Of a stretch of 64,000 nucleotides of DNA, positions 1 to 12,757 are shown one piece after another. The stretch is from positions 44,412-108,411 of the forward strand of contig CAWBMV010000030.1 in NCBI GenBank assembly GCA_963789955.1, in the 5' to 3' direction. The notes under the pieces were generated by a model. It did not search any database. It was not told the DNA's origin and worked only from the letters and a program-made list of their open reading frames with translations. This DNA is from an uncultured Candidatus Rokubacteria bacterium. Lineage in GTDB: Bacteria; Methylomirabilota; Methylomirabilia; Rokubacteriales; CSP1-6. The translations under genes and the position numbers were made by a program. Within the stretch, counting starts at the first letter, position 1. Every line of letters begins with the position of its first letter.

Positions 1-2
1 GC

Positions 3-143
3 GCGGCCTACGCGATCTGGGACGTCGAGCGCGGAACGATCGCGGTTCGTCGCGTCGCCTACGATGTCGCGGGGGCGCGCGAGAAGATCCTGCGCGGGGG
101 ACTACCGCGGTTTCTGGCTGATCGGCTCGCGTGGGGCTCCTGA
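3..143 (+). CDS. C-terminal fragment of a metallophosphoesterase-family protein (partial, runs off window)
   Basis: Manual translation AAYAIWDVERGTIAVRRVAYDVAGAREKILRGGLPRFLADRLAWGS* resembles the C-terminus of YfcE/MPP-like phosphoesterases. Confidence 0.6.
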   Translation, partial: AAYAIWDVERGTIAVRRVAYDVAGAREKILRGGLPRFLADRLAWGS

Positions 144-1648
144 GCCTGCGTCCGTCGCCGCGTCGTGCCCTCGTCCTCCTGGGCACCGCCTTCTTCATGG
201 GGCTGGCGTTTCCTCGAACGGACTGGGAAGGGATCGTCTGGGTCGCCCTCGCCCCGCTGATCGTCGATTCGCTGCGCCAGCCGATTCGCCAGGCCTTCGC
301 CTGGGGCTGGGCGTTCGGAACCGTGTTCTACCTGGTCCTCCTGCGGTGGCTCGACTTCACCTTCAGGACGTACAGCACGATTCCGTGGCCGCTCACCTGG
401 GGCCCGACCTTGGCGCTCGCCGGATACTGCGCGCTCTATGTCGGCGCCTTCGCCGCCGCGATCGCGTGGCTCGGGCGGCGCTCGACCGTCTGGGCACTCT
501 GCGCGTCGCCGTTCCTGTGGGTCGCCGGCGAGTGGCTTCGCGGCCACCTCTTCGGCGGCTTTCCCTGGGGTCTCATCGGCTACTCGCAGTACCTGCGCTT
601 GCCGGTCATCCAGATCGCCGAGCTCGGCGGCGTGTACGCCGTGTCGCTGCTGATCGTGGCCATCAACGCCGCGATCGCCGGCTGCTTCGTGCTCGCATGG
701 CGCCCGGCGCTGGGTGGGGTCGCGATCGCCGGGGCGTTGCTGGGAGGGACGCTCGCCTTTGGCGCCTGGCGCTTGGCGGAGCCCGCTCCGCCGGGCGAGC
801 TGAGCGTGGCGGTCATGCAGCCCTCGATCGAGCAGCCCTTGAAGTTCGACCCCGCGTTCGGCCCGACGACCCTGGCGATCTATCTCACCCTGACGTCGCG
901 CGCGGGCGCCGAGCGGCCCGACCTGATCGTGTGGCCGGAGACGGCGGCCCCCACGCCGCTGCGGCGCGACCCGGCGCTTCTCAGAACGCTCGGCGCGCTA
1001 GCCGGCTCTCTGCGCGTGCCGCTCCTGGTGGGCTCGATCGACGTTGATGCGTCGACTCCACCGAAGGTGCGTAACACGGCGTTTCTTCTCACGGAACGAG
1101 GCATCGTCGGGCGATATGATAAAATCCAGCTCGTTCCGTTCGGTGAGTATGTGCCGCTATCGGGACTGATCGGATTCGTTCGGGGCTGGGCCGAGTTCAT
1201 CGCCGAGCTCGAGCCGGGCTCCAGCGCGAGCGTCTTCCCGGGCCCGCCAGCCCCATTCGGAGTGGTGATCTGTTACGAGGGAATCTTCCCTGAGCTTGTC
1301 CGCGAGTTCGTGAAAGGTGGCGCACGTCTGATCGTGAACATGACGAACGACGCATGGTTTGGTCGTACGAGCGGCCCGTGGCAACATCTCGCCATGTATC
1401 CGTTCCGTGCCGTCGAGCACCGCGTCGCGGTGGTTCGGGCGGCGAACACCGGGGTCTCGGCCTTCATCGCACCCAGCGGTAAGATCGTCCGCCGCGTGCC
1501 GCTGTACGAGCGGACCACGGCGACCGAGCGGGTGCCGCTCCGGACGCGGTACACGCTGTACTCGCGCTTCGGAGACTGGGTCGCGTACCTGTCGCTCGCG
1601 GTCTCGGGCGCGCTGCTCGCGCTCCACGCGTGGAAGCGAGTGGCCTGA
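131..1648 (+). CDS. lnt: Apolipoprotein N-acyltransferase
   Basis: TM-rich N-half; GGFPWG, WPETA, YDKIQLVPFGEY, ICYE, NMTNDAWFG, RAANTGVS motifs. Confidence 0.95.
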   Translation: MGLLSLRPSPRRALVLLGTAFFMGLAFPRTDWEGIVWVALAPLIVDSLRQPIRQAFAWGWAFGTVFYLVLLRWLDFTFRTYSTIPWPLTWGPTLALAGYCALYVGAFAAAIAWLGRRSTVWALCASPFLWVAGEWLRGHLFGGFPWGLIGYSQYLRLPVIQIAELGGVYAVSLLIVAINAAIAGCFVLAWRPALGGVAIAGALLGGTLAFGAWRLAEPAPPGELSVAVMQPSIEQPLKFDPAFGPTTLAIYLTLTSRAGAERPDLIVWPETAAPTPLRRDPALLRTLGALAGSLRVPLLVGSIDVDASTPPKVRNTAFLLTERGIVGRYDKIQLVPFGEYVPLSGLIGFVRGWAEFIAELEPGSSASVFPGPPAPFGVVICYEGIFPELVREFVKGGARLIVNMTNDAWFGRTSGPWQHLAMYPFRAVEHRVAVVRAANTGVSAFIAPSGKIVRRVPLYERTTATERVPLRTRYTLYSRFGDWVAYLSLAVSGALLALHAWKRVA

Positions 1649-2752
1649 TGCTCGGCGATTTCAAGCGCGACCTCACGCTGTTGTCGGGCCGGGTGACCGA
1701 GCTCCGAGGCCATCTTTGACGTCCCTGCCAAGGAGCAGCGGCTCGCCGCGCTCGACAGCGACATGGCCAAGCCGTCCTTCTGGGAGGACAACCGCCGTGC
1801 GCAAGAGGTCATCCGCGAGCGGACCGAGCTCTCGCGCCTCGTCGCCCGCCTGAAGGAGCTCAGCGGGAAGGCCGAAGATCTCTCGGTGCTCCTCGAGCTC
1901 GCCGAGGAGGCAACCGACGGAAGCCTCGACGCCGAGATCACCGACGGCCTCGCCGGCCTCGCGAAGGACCTCGACGAGTTCGAGCTGAAGATCATGCTCT
2001 CGGGCCCCCACGACACGAAGGCCGCGATCGTGTCGATCCATCCCGGCGCCGGCGGCACCGAGTCGCAGGATTGGGCTCAGATGCTCCTGCGCATGTACCT
2101 CCGCTGGTGCGAGCGCTCGGGCCTGAAGGCGGAGGTGGTCGATCTGCTGCCCGGCGACGAAGCGGGCATCAAGTCGGCCACCGTCGAGGTCTCCGGCGAG
2201 TACAGCTTCGGCTATCTGCGCGGCGAGACCGGCGTGCATCGTCTCGTGCGCATCTCTCCCTTCGACGCGTCTAGCCGCCGGCAGACGAGCTTCGCCTCGG
2301 TCGCGGTCGTGCCCGAGGTGGACGACGTCGAGGTCAACGTGCGGGAGGACGAGCTCCGGATCGACGTATTTCGAGCGTCGGGGCCGGGCGGGCAGGGCGT
2401 CAACACCGCGGACTCGGCGGTGCGCATCACGCACATGCCGACCGGCATCGTCGTCTCGTGCCAGAACGAGCGCTCACAGCTCCGGAATCGCGACACCGCC
2501 ATGCGGATCTTGAAAGCCAGGCTCTACGAGATCGCCGAGAAGAAGCAGCGCGAGGAGCTGGCGGAGCTGACCGGACACAAGAAGGAGATCGCCTTCGGCA
2601 GCCAGATCCGGTCGTACACGTTCCATCCGTACCAGCTGATCAAGGACCATCGAACCGGGCTCGAGGTCGGCAACGTGGAGGGCGTCATGGACGGCGACCT
2701 CGACCCGTTCATCAAGGCGTACCTGCTCTGGGCGAGAGGTCGTGAAGCATGA
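1648..2752 (+). CDS. prfB: Peptide chain release factor 2 (programmed +1 frameshift at 1714-1720)
   Basis: ATG 1648 [23 protein letters not shown] then CTT TGA C; the +1 frame carries SPF and GGQ motifs. Confidence 0.95.
1705..1720 (+). promoter_or_regulatory. RF2 autoregulatory frameshift site
   Basis: CGAGGC-CAT-CTT-TGA-C: internal SD-like element 3 nt before the slippery CTT TGA C. Confidence 0.9.
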
Positions 2753-4272
2753 GTGACGATCGCGGAGGCCGCGGACGAGGCGAGTCCGCGCCGAACCTGG
2801 ACGACAACGAGCTGATCCGGCTCCGCCGCGAGAAGCTCGACAGCTTGCGTAGCCGCGGGATCGATCCGTTCGGCGGTCGGTATCCGGTGACGCAGTGGGC
2901 CCGCGACCTCGCGGAGCGACTCGGCAGCGCGACCGACGAAGAGCTGAAGGGCTTTGGTCCCGTGAGCCTCGCGGGTCGGATCGTGACCATTCGCCATCAC
3001 GGCAAGACGTGCTTCGCCCATCTCATGGATCAGACCGGGCGGATCCAGCTCTACGCGCGCGCCGACGGCCTCGGCGACGAGTACGCGCGGTTCGTCGAGC
3101 TCGACATGGGCGACTTCGTCGGCGTGACCGGCGAGATGTTCCGCACGCGGACGGGTGAGCTGACGGTGGCGGTGAAGGCGTTCACGTTCCTCGCCAAGTC
3201 GCTGCGGCCGCTTCCCGAGAAGTGGCACGGTCTGAAGGACATCGAGACGCGCTACCGGCAGCGCTACGTGGACCTCATCGTCAACGCCGAGGCGCGCGAG
3301 ATCTTCACGATGCGCGCGCGGCTCGTTCGCGGCATTCGGGCGTTCCTCGACGCGCGGGGCTTCCTCGAGGTCGAGACGCCGATGATGCAGCCGATCCCGG
3401 GCGGCGCGATCGCCCGGCCCTTCAAGACCCACCACAACGCGCTCGACCTGGACCTCTACCTGCGCATCGCGCCCGAGCTCTATCTCAAGCGCCTGCTCGT
3501 GGGCGGCTTCGAGCGGGTCTACGAGATCAATCGAAACTTCCGGAACGAGGGGATCTCGACCCACCACAATCCCGAGTTCACGACGCTCGAGTTCTACCAG
3601 GCGTACGCGGACTACACGGACCTGATGGAGCTGACCGAGGCGCTGTTCGTGGAGCTCGCCCACGCGCTGCGCGGCTCGCTGTCCCTCGTGTGGGGCGAGC
3701 ACGCGATCGATCTCAAGCCACCGTGGCGGCGTCTGACGTTCTTCGATGGCCTGTCGCAGGCCCTCGGAATCGGTGTCACACCCACGACCGACGTCGCGAC
3801 CGTCGCGACGGCCGCGTCGGCGCGCGGGATCGTCCACGACGGGGGACCGGCGTCGACGCTGTGGAAGGAAGTCTTCGAGACCCTGGTGGAGCCGACCTTG
3901 ATTCAACCGACGTTCGTCATCGACTTTCCGACCGAGCTCTCGCCGCTGGCCAAGCGCAAGCGCGACAACTCCCAGCTCGTCGATCGATTCGAGCTCTTCG
4001 TCGCGCGGCACGAAGTCGCCAACGCGTACAGCGAGCTGAACGATCCGATCGACCAGCTGGCGCGCTTCCGCGAGCAGGCGGCCCTGCAGGCGCGCGGCGA
4101 CGACGAGGCCCACTGGCTCGACGAGGACTACGTCCGCGCGCTCGAATACGGCATGCCGCCGGCCGCGGGCGAAGGAATCGGCATCGATCGGCTCCTCATG
4201 ATGTTCGCGAACCAGCCGTCGATCCGCGAGACGATCCTGTTTCCGCTCCTGCGGCCCGAGGGCGGGCGATGA
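2749..4272 (+). CDS. lysS: Lysine--tRNA ligase (class II)
   Basis: [41 protein letters not shown] motifs. Confidence 0.97.
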   Translation: MSDDRGGRGRGESAPNLDDNELIRLRREKLDSLRSRGIDPFGGRYPVTQWARDLAERLGSATDEELKGFGPVSLAGRIVTIRHHGKTCFAHLMDQTGRIQLYARADGLGDEYARFVELDMGDFVGVTGEMFRTRTGELTVAVKAFTFLAKSLRPLPEKWHGLKDIETRYRQRYVDLIVNAEAREIFTMRARLVRGIRAFLDARGFLEVETPMMQPIPGGAIARPFKTHHNALDLDLYLRIAPELYLKRLLVGGFERVYEINRNFRNEGISTHHNPEFTTLEFYQAYADYTDLMELTEALFVELAHALRGSLSLVWGEHAIDLKPPWRRLTFFDGLSQALGIGVTPTTDVATVATAASARGIVHDGGPASTLWKEVFETLVEPTLIQPTFVIDFPTELSPLAKRKRDNSQLVDRFELFVARHEVANAYSELNDPIDQLARFREQAALQARGDDEAHWLDEDYVRALEYGMPPAAGEGIGIDRLLMMFANQPSIRETILFPLLRPEGGR

Positions 4273-5495
4273 ACCTGCCCTTCGAGCTCCTGCTCGGCTT
4301 CCGGTATCTCCGGTCGCGCGGCCAGCGCACGAATCTCTCGCTCTTCGTGTGGATCGGCCTCGGCGGCGTCTTTCTGGGAGTCGCCGCGCTGATCGTGGTG
4401 CTCGCGGTGATGACCGGCTTCCAGGACGGGATCCGCGATCGGATCATCGCCGGCAGCCCGCACCTGCTGATCTTCCAGGGCGGCTCGGCGGGGCTCGACG
4501 ACGCCGACAAGGTCGCGGCCCGCGTGAAGGCGATCCGCGGCGTTCACTCGGCCACGCCTTTCGTCCACCAGCAGGCGCTCTTCACGACGCCGAACGGCGG
4601 AGCCCGCGGCGGCCTGATCCGCGGGATCGACCTGACGACACCCGCGGTGCGAGACGACGTCCGCGCGCAGCTCCGGCAAGGCTCGCTCGATCCGCTCGCC
4701 GACGGCGCGCCCGCCATCGTGCTCGGGCGCGAGCTGGCGCGCAGTCTCGGTGTGTTCCCGGGCGAATCGATCACGGTGATCTCACCCGAGGGCGCGGTCA
4801 CGGCCGTGGGCATGGTCCCCAAGATGCGCCGCTACCTGGTGGCCGGTACGATCGAGATCGGCATGCACGAGTACGATTCCTCGATCGCCTACCTGAGCCT
4901 GCCGCTGGCGAAAGAGTTCGCCGGGCTGGCCGGGGTCACCGGCATCGAGGTCAAGCTGAACGACCCGTTCGACGCCAAGAACGTCGGCCGTTTCGTCTCG
5001 GCCCAGCTGGGCTTCCGGTACTGGGTCCGGGACTGGATGGAGATGAACCGGAGCCTGTTCGCGGCGCTCCAGCTCGAGAAGCTCGCGCTCTTCGTGGTCG
5101 TGACGATCATCGTGCTGGTGGCGGCGTTCGCGATCATCGGTCACCTCGTGCTTCTGGTCGCCGAGAAGCGCAAGGAGATCGGAATCCTCAAGGCGGTGGG
5201 GGCGTCCGCGCGCTCGATCACCCTCGTGTTCTTCGCCGTCGGCATGACGATCGGCGTCGCCGGCACGGCGGCCGGCGCCGCGGCCGGGCTCACCATGATC
5301 TGGGCCCAGAACACCTACAAGGTCATCCGGCTTGCGGGCGACGTGTACCAGATCGACTACTTGCCGATGAAGCTGACGATGAGCGATGGGCTCATGATCA
5401 TCGGCGCGACGCTCCTCCTGTCGTTCCTGGCCACGATCATCCCGGCGAAGCGGGCGGGCTCGCTGGCGCCGGTCGACGTGCTCCGGTATGAGTGA
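4269..5495 (+). CDS. lolE: Lipoprotein-releasing ABC transporter permease (LolC/E)
   Basis: ATG 4269 [53 protein letters not shown]. Confidence 0.9.
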   Translation: MNLPFELLLGFRYLRSRGQRTNLSLFVWIGLGGVFLGVAALIVVLAVMTGFQDGIRDRIIAGSPHLLIFQGGSAGLDDADKVAARVKAIRGVHSATPFVHQQALFTTPNGGARGGLIRGIDLTTPAVRDDVRAQLRQGSLDPLADGAPAIVLGRELARSLGVFPGESITVISPEGAVTAVGMVPKMRRYLVAGTIEIGMHEYDSSIAYLSLPLAKEFAGLAGVTGIEVKLNDPFDAKNVGRFVSAQLGFRYWVRDWMEMNRSLFAALQLEKLALFVVVTIIVLVAAFAIIGHLVLLVAEKRKEIGILKAVGASARSITLVFFAVGMTIGVAGTAAGAAAGLTMIWAQNTYKVIRLAGDVYQIDYLPMKLTMSDGLMIIGATLLLSFLATIIPAKRAGSLAPVDVLRYE

Positions 5496-6204
5496 CGTCG
5501 GGTCCGCCGCGCTCCTCGTCGGCGAGGAGCTCGAGAAGGAGTACCGGTCCGGGCCCGAGGTCGTGCGCGTTCTCCGCGGCGCGAGCGTGACGATTGCGCC
5601 CGGCGAGTTCGTCGCCCTGCTCGGCGCCTCGGGCGTCGGGAAGTCGACTTTGTTGCACCTGCTCGGCGGCCTCGATCGGCCGACGGCAGGCCGCGTCTTG
5701 TTCCAGGGAGAAGACCTCGCGGCGTGGCCCGAGACCGGGCTCGCACGTTATCGGCGCCGCGACGTCGGGTTCGTCTTCCAGTTCTACAATCTCCTCGGGG
5801 ACATGAGCGCGCTCGAGAACGCGATGATCCCCGCGCTGATCGAGCGCAAGCCCACTCGCGAGGTGAGGGAGCTCGCCGCGGCGGCTCTGACGGAAGTCGG
5901 GCTGGCCGATCGGATGAGCCATCTCCCGGGAGAGCTCTCGGGGGGCGAGCAGCAGCGGGTCGCGATCGCTCGGGCGCTGATCAACAACCCCAAAGTCATC
6001 CTGGCCGACGAGCCGACGGGCAACCTGGACCCCAAGACCAGCGAGGTCATCTACGATCTCTTCCTCCGGCTTCAGGCCGAGCGGAAGCTGGCCTTTCTCG
6101 TCGCCACCCACAATCCCGACCTGGCCCAAAAGGCCGAGCGGGGCTATCGGCTGGTCGAGGGGCGGGCGCGGGAGATCCGAGGCGAATCGACGTCGATCGG
6201 ATAA
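5488..6204 (+). CDS. lolD: Lipoprotein-releasing ABC transporter ATPase
   Basis: [32 protein letters not shown]; follows lolC/E. Confidence 0.9.
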   Translation: MSDVGSAALLVGEELEKEYRSGPEVVRVLRGASVTIAPGEFVALLGASGVGKSTLLHLLGGLDRPTAGRVLFQGEDLAAWPETGLARYRRRDVGFVFQFYNLLGDMSALENAMIPALIERKPTREVRELAAAALTEVGLADRMSHLPGELSGGEQQRVAIARALINNPKVILADEPTGNLDPKTSEVIYDLFLRLQAERKLAFLVATHNPDLAQKAERGYRLVEGRAREIRGESTSIG

Positions 6205-6350
6205 CGGTTTCGCGCAGTTAGTCGGCTGCGGGCAAAAAAGGCTAGCAGGCTTAGGGGGCGTGGGCTATACTGAATTCGCAGTCTGGTAACTAGCCGTCAG
6301 AGCAAGTAAATTCGCATCTCCGCGACCTGCGGGAGGGGTGGGGACCACCA

Positions 6351-8798
6351 GTGTTTGAACGGTTCACCGAACGGGCGCGACGGGTCATTATCTTAGCGCG
6401 TGAGGAAGCCGGTCGTTTCCGCCACGATTTCGTCGGCACGGAACACGTCCTTCTCGGGCTGATCCGTGACGGTGAGGGAATCGCGACCGCGGTTCTCCAG
6501 CGGCTGGGGCTGCGGCTCGAGACCGTCAAGGCGGAGGTCGAGCGCGCGCTCGCAGGATTCCCCAAGACGCTCACGTTCGGGGAAGTGCCGTTCACGCCGC
6601 AGGCCAAGCGCGTGCTCGAGTTGTCCATCGAGGAAGCGCGGCAGCTCGGCCACAACTACATCGGGACCGAGCACTTGCTCCTCGGCCTCATGAAAGAGGG
6701 GCAGTCGATCGCCGCGAAGATCCTCGAGTCACTCGGCGCCCGACTCGACGAGGTTCGCCAGGAGACCCTGGCGCTGCTCGGCGACCAGTACTACCCGCGC
6801 CCCAAGAAGCGCTCGCAGACGCCGGTCCTCGATGAGTTCGCCCGCGATCTCACCCAGCTCGCTCGCGAGACCAAGCTCGATCCGGTCATCGGCCGTGAGC
6901 AGGAAATCGAGCGCGTCATCCAGATTCTCGCGCGCCGGACGAAGAACAATCCGGTCCTGATCGGCGAGCCCGGCGTGGGCAAGACCGCCATCGTCGAAGG
7001 GCTCGCGCAGAAGATCATCGGCCACGACGTGCCGGATGTCCTCGTGAACAAGCGGCTGCTCCAGCTCGATCTGGGCGCTCTCGTCGCCGGGACGAAGTAT
7101 CGCGGCCAGTTCGAGGAGCGGCTGAAGGCGGTCATGAAGGAGATTCGCCAGTCGGAGAACGTCGTCCTCTTCCTGGATGAGCTCCATACGCTCATCGGGG
7201 CGGGCGCGGCCGAGGGCGCGATCGACGCGTCGAACATGCTCAAGCCGGCCCTCTCGCGCGGCGAGATCCAGACGATCGGCGCGACGACTCTCGACGAATA
7301 CCGCAAGTACATCGAGAAGGACGGCGCCCTCGAGCGGCGCTTCCAGCCGGTCATCGTCAAGGCGCCGTCGGTGCCGCAGGCGATCGAGATCATCCGCGGC
7401 CTCCGACACAAGTACGAGGCCCACCACCGGGTGAAGATCACCGAGCGCGCGATCTCCGCGGCGGTGCAGCTGGCCGATCGCTACATCACCGACCGCCAGC
7501 TCCCCGACAAGGCGATCGACGTGATCGACGAGGCCTCCTCGCGGACGCGCCTCATGGCGCTGACGCCGCCGCCCGAGCTCAAGGAGATCGAGAAGGAGCT
7601 CGAGCGGGTGATCCGCGAGAAGGACATGTATCTCGAGGCGCAGGAGTTCGAGAAGGCCGCCTCGCTGCGCGAGAAGGAGAAGGTCCTTCGCCACCGCGAT
7701 GAGGAGCTCAAGCGCGAGTGGGAGAAGAACAAGGGCAAGGGGACGCAGACGGTCGAGGAAGAGGACATCGAGTTCATCGTGTCCCGCTGGACCGGCATCC
7801 CGCTCGCCAAGCTCGAGGAGAAGGAATCCGAGAAGCTCGCCCGGATGGAAGAGGCGCTCCACGGCCGGATCATCGGCCAGAACGACGCGGTCGCGGCCGT
7901 CGCGCGCGCGATCCGCCGCTCCCGCGCCGGCCTGAAGGACGCCAAGCGCCCGGTCGGCTCGTTCGTGTTCCTCGGCCCCACCGGCGTCGGCAAGACCGAG
8001 CTGGCCCGCGCCCTCGCCGAGTACCTGTTCGGCGACGAGAACGCGCTGATCCGCGTGGACATGTCCGAGTACATGGAGAAGTTCTCGGTCTCGCGCCTGC
8101 TCGGCGCGCCTCCCGGATACGTCGGCTACGAAGAGGGCGGGTTCCTCACCGAGAAGGTGCGGCGGCGTCCGTACTCCGTCGTGCTCTTCGACGAGATCGA
8201 GAAGGCCCACCCGGACGTCTTCAACATGATGCTCCAGGTCCTGGACGACGGCCGGCTCACCGACTCGCTCGGCCACGTCGTCGATTTCAAGAACACCATC
8301 CTGATCATGACCTCGAACCTCGGGACGAGCCTGATCGGTAAGCGCGTGTCCCCCGGGTTCTTGCAGGAGACTGACGAGTCGAGCTACGACAAGATGAAGG
8401 AGCGCGTCCTCGAAGAGATGAAGCGGGCGTTCCGGCCGGAGTTCCTGAACCGGATCGACGACATCATCGTCTTCCACGCCCTCTCGCTCGACCACATCAA
8501 GCAGATCATTCGCCTGATGATCGACCGGATCAACAAGCAGCTCAGCGAGAAGGGCATCGAGCTCATGTTGACGCCGGCGGCGGAAGCGGCGCTGGTGGAG
8601 AAGGGCTACGACCAGACGTACGGCGCACGGCAGCTACGGCGGACGATCCAGAAGCACATCGAGGATCCCCTGGCCGAGGCGATCGTTCGCGGCCAGGTCG
8701 CGGAGAGCGCCCGCATCGAGGTGGATATCGAGGGGGCGAACTTCACGTTCCGCGAAGCGCAAGCTGCCGAGGCGCCCCTCGAGCTTGCAGAGCACTAG
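6351..8798 (+). CDS. clpC: ATP-dependent Clp protease ATP-binding subunit ClpC
   Basis: [12 protein letters not shown]lp-N repeats; two AAA+ modules ([16 protein letters not shown]); UVR-like middle domain. Confidence 0.93.
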   Translation: MFERFTERARRVIILAREEAGRFRHDFVGTEHVLLGLIRDGEGIATAVLQRLGLRLETVKAEVERALAGFPKTLTFGEVPFTPQAKRVLELSIEEARQLGHNYIGTEHLLLGLMKEGQSIAAKILESLGARLDEVRQETLALLGDQYYPRPKKRSQTPVLDEFARDLTQLARETKLDPVIGREQEIERVIQILARRTKNNPVLIGEPGVGKTAIVEGLAQKIIGHDVPDVLVNKRLLQLDLGALVAGTKYRGQFEERLKAVMKEIRQSENVVLFLDELHTLIGAGAAEGAIDASNMLKPALSRGEIQTIGATTLDEYRKYIEKDGALERRFQPVIVKAPSVPQAIEIIRGLRHKYEAHHRVKITERAISAAVQLADRYITDRQLPDKAIDVIDEASSRTRLMALTPPPELKEIEKELERVIREKDMYLEAQEFEKAASLREKEKVLRHRDEELKREWEKNKGKGTQTVEEEDIEFIVSRWTGIPLAKLEEKESEKLARMEEALHGRIIGQNDAVAAVARAIRRSRAGLKDAKRPVGSFVFLGPTGVGKTELARALAEYLFGDENALIRVDMSEYMEKFSVSRLLGAPPGYVGYEEGGFLTEKVRRRPYSVVLFDEIEKAHPDVFNMMLQVLDDGRLTDSLGHVVDFKNTILIMTSNLGTSLIGKRVSPGFLQETDESSYDKMKERVLEEMKRAFRPEFLNRIDDIIVFHALSLDHIKQIIRLMIDRINKQLSEKGIELMLTPAAEAALVEKGYDQTYGARQLRRTIQKHIEDPLAEAIVRGQVAESARIEVDIEGANFTFREAQAAEAPLELAEH

Positions 8799-8827
8799 CA
8801 GGCCGTCCTGACACGCCTGAGAGCCTG

Positions 8828-11090
8828 GTGACGACAGCGGGCCGGGTGTGTCTGGCGGTCGTTGTTGTTCTGACGGCAGGCCTCTTCATCGCCTCGACGG
8901 CCCGGGCGCAGCAGTCCCAACCGCCACCCATCCTCATCCGTGACATCCACGTCGAAGGCAATCGACGTGTGCAGGACGCCGTGATCCTCGGCCGAGTCAA
9001 GAGCACCGTCGGCTCGGCCTTCAACCCCTCGCTTCTCTCCGAGGACATCCGCTCCATCTTCAGTCTCGGCTTCTTCGACGACGTCCAGCTGCGGGTCGAG
9101 GACTTCGAGGGCGGCGTGAAGATCGTCTTCGCGGTCTCGGAGCGCCCCTTCGTCCGCGACGTCGACTTCGTGGGCAACAAGGCCGAAGACCGGGACAGCC
9201 TGCAGGACAAGATCGACGTGAAGCTCGGCAGCGTGTACAACCCGGTCGACGTGCAGCGCGCGGTCGAAAAGCTTCGCGACTTCTACGAGGACGAGGGCTA
9301 CTTCGAGGTCCAGATCACTCCCACCGTCGAGAAATTCGCCGATTCGGACGTGAAGCTGATCTTCAACATCGTCGAAGGGCGCCAGATGACGATCGAGGCG
9401 ATCCAATTCCGCGGCAACAAGGGGCTGCGAGACGACCAGCTCAAGGAAGCGATGGAGACGAAGGAGCGGCAGTACTTCATCATGCGCGGCAAGGTCCAGC
9501 GCCAGCGCCTCGAGCTGGACATCGACCGGCTGATCGGCCTCTACAACGACAACGGCTACATCCAGGCCCGCGTCGAGTCGCACGACGTCGCCGTCGATCG
9601 CGAGCGGGCGCGCGTGACGATCACGATCGTCGTCGTGGAGGGACCCCAGTTCCGCGTCGGCGACGTGAAGATGACCGGTGTCACCCTGCTGCCGGAGCGC
9701 GAGGTCGACCGGCAGATCAGGCTCAAGACCGGCGACGTGTTCTCGGTGAGTCGGGTCCGAGACAGCGTCGCGGGGATCCTGAACCTCTACAGCACGATCG
9801 GCCGCGCCTCGGCCGACGTGAACGCCAAGCGCGACCAGCTGCCGGCGTTCAACCAGATCAACCTGACCTTCGAGATCACCGAAGGGCCCGAAGTGTACGT
9901 CGAGCGCATCAACATCAGCGGCAATGTCCGGAGCGAGGACAAGATCCTGCGCCGTGAGCTGCCGCTGCACGAGGGTGATCTCTACACGCTCCAGAACAAG
10001 GAACGGGCCCGCCAGCGGCTCGTCAACCTGGGCTACTTCGAGACGGTCAACGTCGACACGCAGCCCGGCTCGGACAAGACGCGCATCATCGTGAACATCG
10101 TGGTCGTCGAGCGAGCGACCGGCCTGTTCAGCATCGGCGGCGGCTACTCCTCGGTGGACTCGCTGGTCGGCACGATCGACCTCGCCCAGCGCAACTTCCT
10201 GGGCCGCGGCTGGGAGGTCGCGATCCGGATTCGCGCCGGTGTCGAGACGCAGCAGGGGACCATCAGCTTCACCGACCCCTGGCTCTTCGACCGCCCGCTG
10301 TCGGGCGGGTTCGACGTGTACAAGAGCATCCGCAACTACCAGGACTACACGTACGACACCACCGGCCTCAATCTCCGGATGAGCCATCCGTTTGCCGAGT
10401 ACTGGCGCTGGAGTACCGGCTATCGCCTGTCGCAGGACATCATCAGAGACCTCAGCGACAACGCCCCAGCCGGACCTGGTGGAGCAGAAAGGGACGACGA
10501 TCACCTCGTCGATCGGCGGCGCCCTGACCCGTGACAGCCGGGACTTCATCGCGGCTCCCAGCAAGGGCGGGCAGACCGCCATCACCCTCGACTTCGCCGG
10601 CCTCGGGGGCGACTCGCAGTTCTACAAAGTGAACTTCCTCCAGACGTATTTCTGGCCGATCTGGTTCGGCCACATCCTGGGAACCCGGTTCGAGACGGGA
10701 CTCGTGGAAGGGTGGGGCGGCCAAGAAGTCCCGATTTACGAACGCTACTACCTCGGCGGCCCGAACACGATCCGCGCCTTCAAGTTCCGCAGCGTGTCGC
10801 CGGTCGACGACGCCGGGTTCAAGACGGGCGGCACGTCCCAGGTCCTGGCCAACGTCGAATACATCATCCCGCTGCCCTTCGGACTGCGGGTCGCGTTCTT
10901 TTTCGACATCGGTAATGTCTACGGGTTCGGCACCCCGTTCGATCCCACGGATCTGCGGTATGGGCCGGGTGCGGGTATACGATGGCAGTCACCGTTCGGG
11001 CCTATCCGGGTCGACTACGGTTTGAACGTCGCCCCGAGGCCGGGCGAGGGGTCCGGCGCATTTCAATTCTCCGTAGGGTCGCCGTTTTAG
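8828..11090 (+). CDS. bamA: Outer membrane protein assembly factor BamA (apparent +1 frameshift ~10464-10467)
   Basis: POTRA repeats in ORF 8828..10534 join the beta-barrel frame 10392..11090 ([15 protein letters not shown]-terminal F). Confidence 0.92.
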
Positions 11091-11099
11091 GAGGGTCGG

Positions 11100-11669
11100 A
11101 TGAGGCATTGGAGTGCTGTACTCGTACTGGTGGGGGGGCTCCTGGTCGTCGGACCGAGCCTGGCCGCGGCCCAGCAACCTGCGCCGGCGGCGGTCTCGGC
11201 GTCGTCGGTCCGGATCGCCTACATCGACGTCCAGCGCGTGCTCGCGCGGTCGTCGGCCGGCGTGGCGGCGCGCGAGCAGCTCGAGCGGGAGAAGGGGGGC
11301 ATGCAGAAGGAGATGGACGGCAAGCGGCAGGAGCTCGAGAAGCTCCGCGACGAGCTCGAGAAGAAGGGGCCGCTCATGACGGCCGACGCTCGGCGCGAGA
11401 AACAGGAGACGTTCGAGCGCAAGCGCCGCGACGCCGCCCGGATGATGGACGACTACCAGAAGGAGCTCGAGAAGAAGGAGCAGATCTTGCTCCAGAAAGT
11501 GCTCCAGGAGCTGTCGGGCGTCATCGAGAAGGTGGGCAAGGACAAGGGCTTCTACATGATCGTCGAGAAGCGGGGCGCTTCGGTTCTGTACGCGTCGCCC
11601 GACGCCGATCTGACCGACGAGGTCATCAACGCGTACAACCAGGCGGTTCCGGCGAAGAAGACCCCTTGA
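11100..11669 (+). CDS. skp: Skp/OmpH periplasmic chaperone
   Basis: Signal peptide, [11 protein letters not shown], coiled coil, DLTDEVI; lies between bamA and lpxD. Confidence 0.9.
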   Translation: MRHWSAVLVLVGGLLVVGPSLAAAQQPAPAAVSASSVRIAYIDVQRVLARSSAGVAAREQLEREKGGMQKEMDGKRQELEKLRDELEKKGPLMTADARREKQETFERKRRDAARMMDDYQKELEKKEQILLQKVLQELSGVIEKVGKDKGFYMIVEKRGASVLYASPDADLTDEVINAYNQAVPAKKTP

Positions 11670-12757
11670 TGGGTACGCCTGCCGGGTTCACGCTCGGTGA
11701 GCTCGCCGCGACCCTCGGCGCGAAGCTCGAGGGCGACCCCGGCCGGCGTGTGACCGGTGTCGCGGCGCTCGATGCGGCCGGCCCGGAACAGATCTCCTTT
11801 CTGATTGACGCCCGATATCGCCCGGCCGCCGAGACTTCGCGTGCCGGTGCCCTACTGGTGGCGGACAGCATGTCGGGCCTGCCGGGGCCGCTCCTGCGCT
11901 CCAGCAGCCCGCAACAGGCCCTGATCGCGCTGCTCACCCTGTTTCACCCGGTGACGGCGCCGCCGGCCGGCATCGACTCGTCGGCGATCGTGGCCCGTGA
12001 CGCGCGTATCGACCCGAGCGCGTCGATCGGTGCGATGGCGGTGATCGGCTCGGGCGCCGTGATCGGGCCGCGCGTCGCGATCCATCCGCTCGTCTATGTC
12101 GGACCGGGGGTCGAGGTCGGCGAGGCCTCGGTGCTCCATCCCCGGGTCGTGCTGTGCGAAGGCGTCCGGCTCGGATGCCGCGTCGTCGTTCAGGCCGGCG
12201 CCGTCATCGGCGGCGATGGCTTTGGCTACGTCTTCGACGCCGGCGGGCATCGCAAGATCCCGCAGGTCGGCATCGTGGTGATCGAGGATGACGTCGACAT
12301 CGGCGCCAACACGACGATCGATCGTGCCATGCTCGGCCGGACGATCGTTCGTCGCGGGACCAAGATCGACAACCTCGTCCAGGTCGGCCACAACGTCGAG
12401 ATCGGCGAGCACTCGATCATCGTGGCCCAGGTCGGGATCTCGGGCTCGTGCCGGCTCGGCCGCGGCGTCATCGCCGCGGGACAGGTCGGCTTCGCCGACC
12501 ACCTGACGATCGGCGACGGCGCGGTGCTCGGTGCCCAGGCGGGCGTCTCGGAAGACGTGCCTGCGGGCGAGCGGCGTCTGGGCACGCCGGCCGTGCCGAT
12601 GCTGCAGGCCAAGCGGCTCTTCGCCTCTCAGAAGCATCTGCCCGAGATGTCCCGCCGCCTTCGCGCCGCCGAGCGTCGCCTCGCTCAGCTGGAGAGCCGA
12701 CTCGGAATCGCGCCGTCGCCGGCCGGTGAGCCGGGCACGATCGATGACGGCGCCTGA
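11669..12757 (+). CDS. lpxD: UDP-3-O-acylglucosamine N-acyltransferase
   Basis: ATG 11669; hexapeptide repeats, [28 protein letters not shown]. Confidence 0.95.
   Translation: MGTPAGFTLGELAATLGAKLEGDPGRRVTGVAALDAAGPEQISFLIDARYRPAAETSRAGALLVADSMSGLPGPLLRSSSPQQALIALLTLFHPVTAPPAGIDSSAIVARDARIDPSASIGAMAVIGSGAVIGPRVAIHPLVYVGPGVEVGEASVLHPRVVLCEGVRLGCRVVVQAGAVIGGDGFGYVFDAGGHRKIPQVGIVVIEDDVDIGANTTIDRAMLGRTIVRRGTKIDNLVQVGHNVEIGEHSIIVAQVGISGSCRLGRGVIAAGQVGFADHLTIGDGAVLGAQAGVSEDVPAGERRLGTPAVPMLQAKRLFASQKHLPEMSRRLRAAERRLAQLESRLGIAPSPAGEPGTIDDGA

Noticed and set aside
1717..1719. In-frame TGA as selenocysteine or readthrough
   Set aside because: RF2 homology continues in the +1 frame, matching the canonical frameshift.
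6205..6350. CIRCE or CtsR box upstream of clpC
   Set aside because: Neither TTAGCACTC-N9-GAGTGCTAA nor a GGTCAAA heptad repeat is present.
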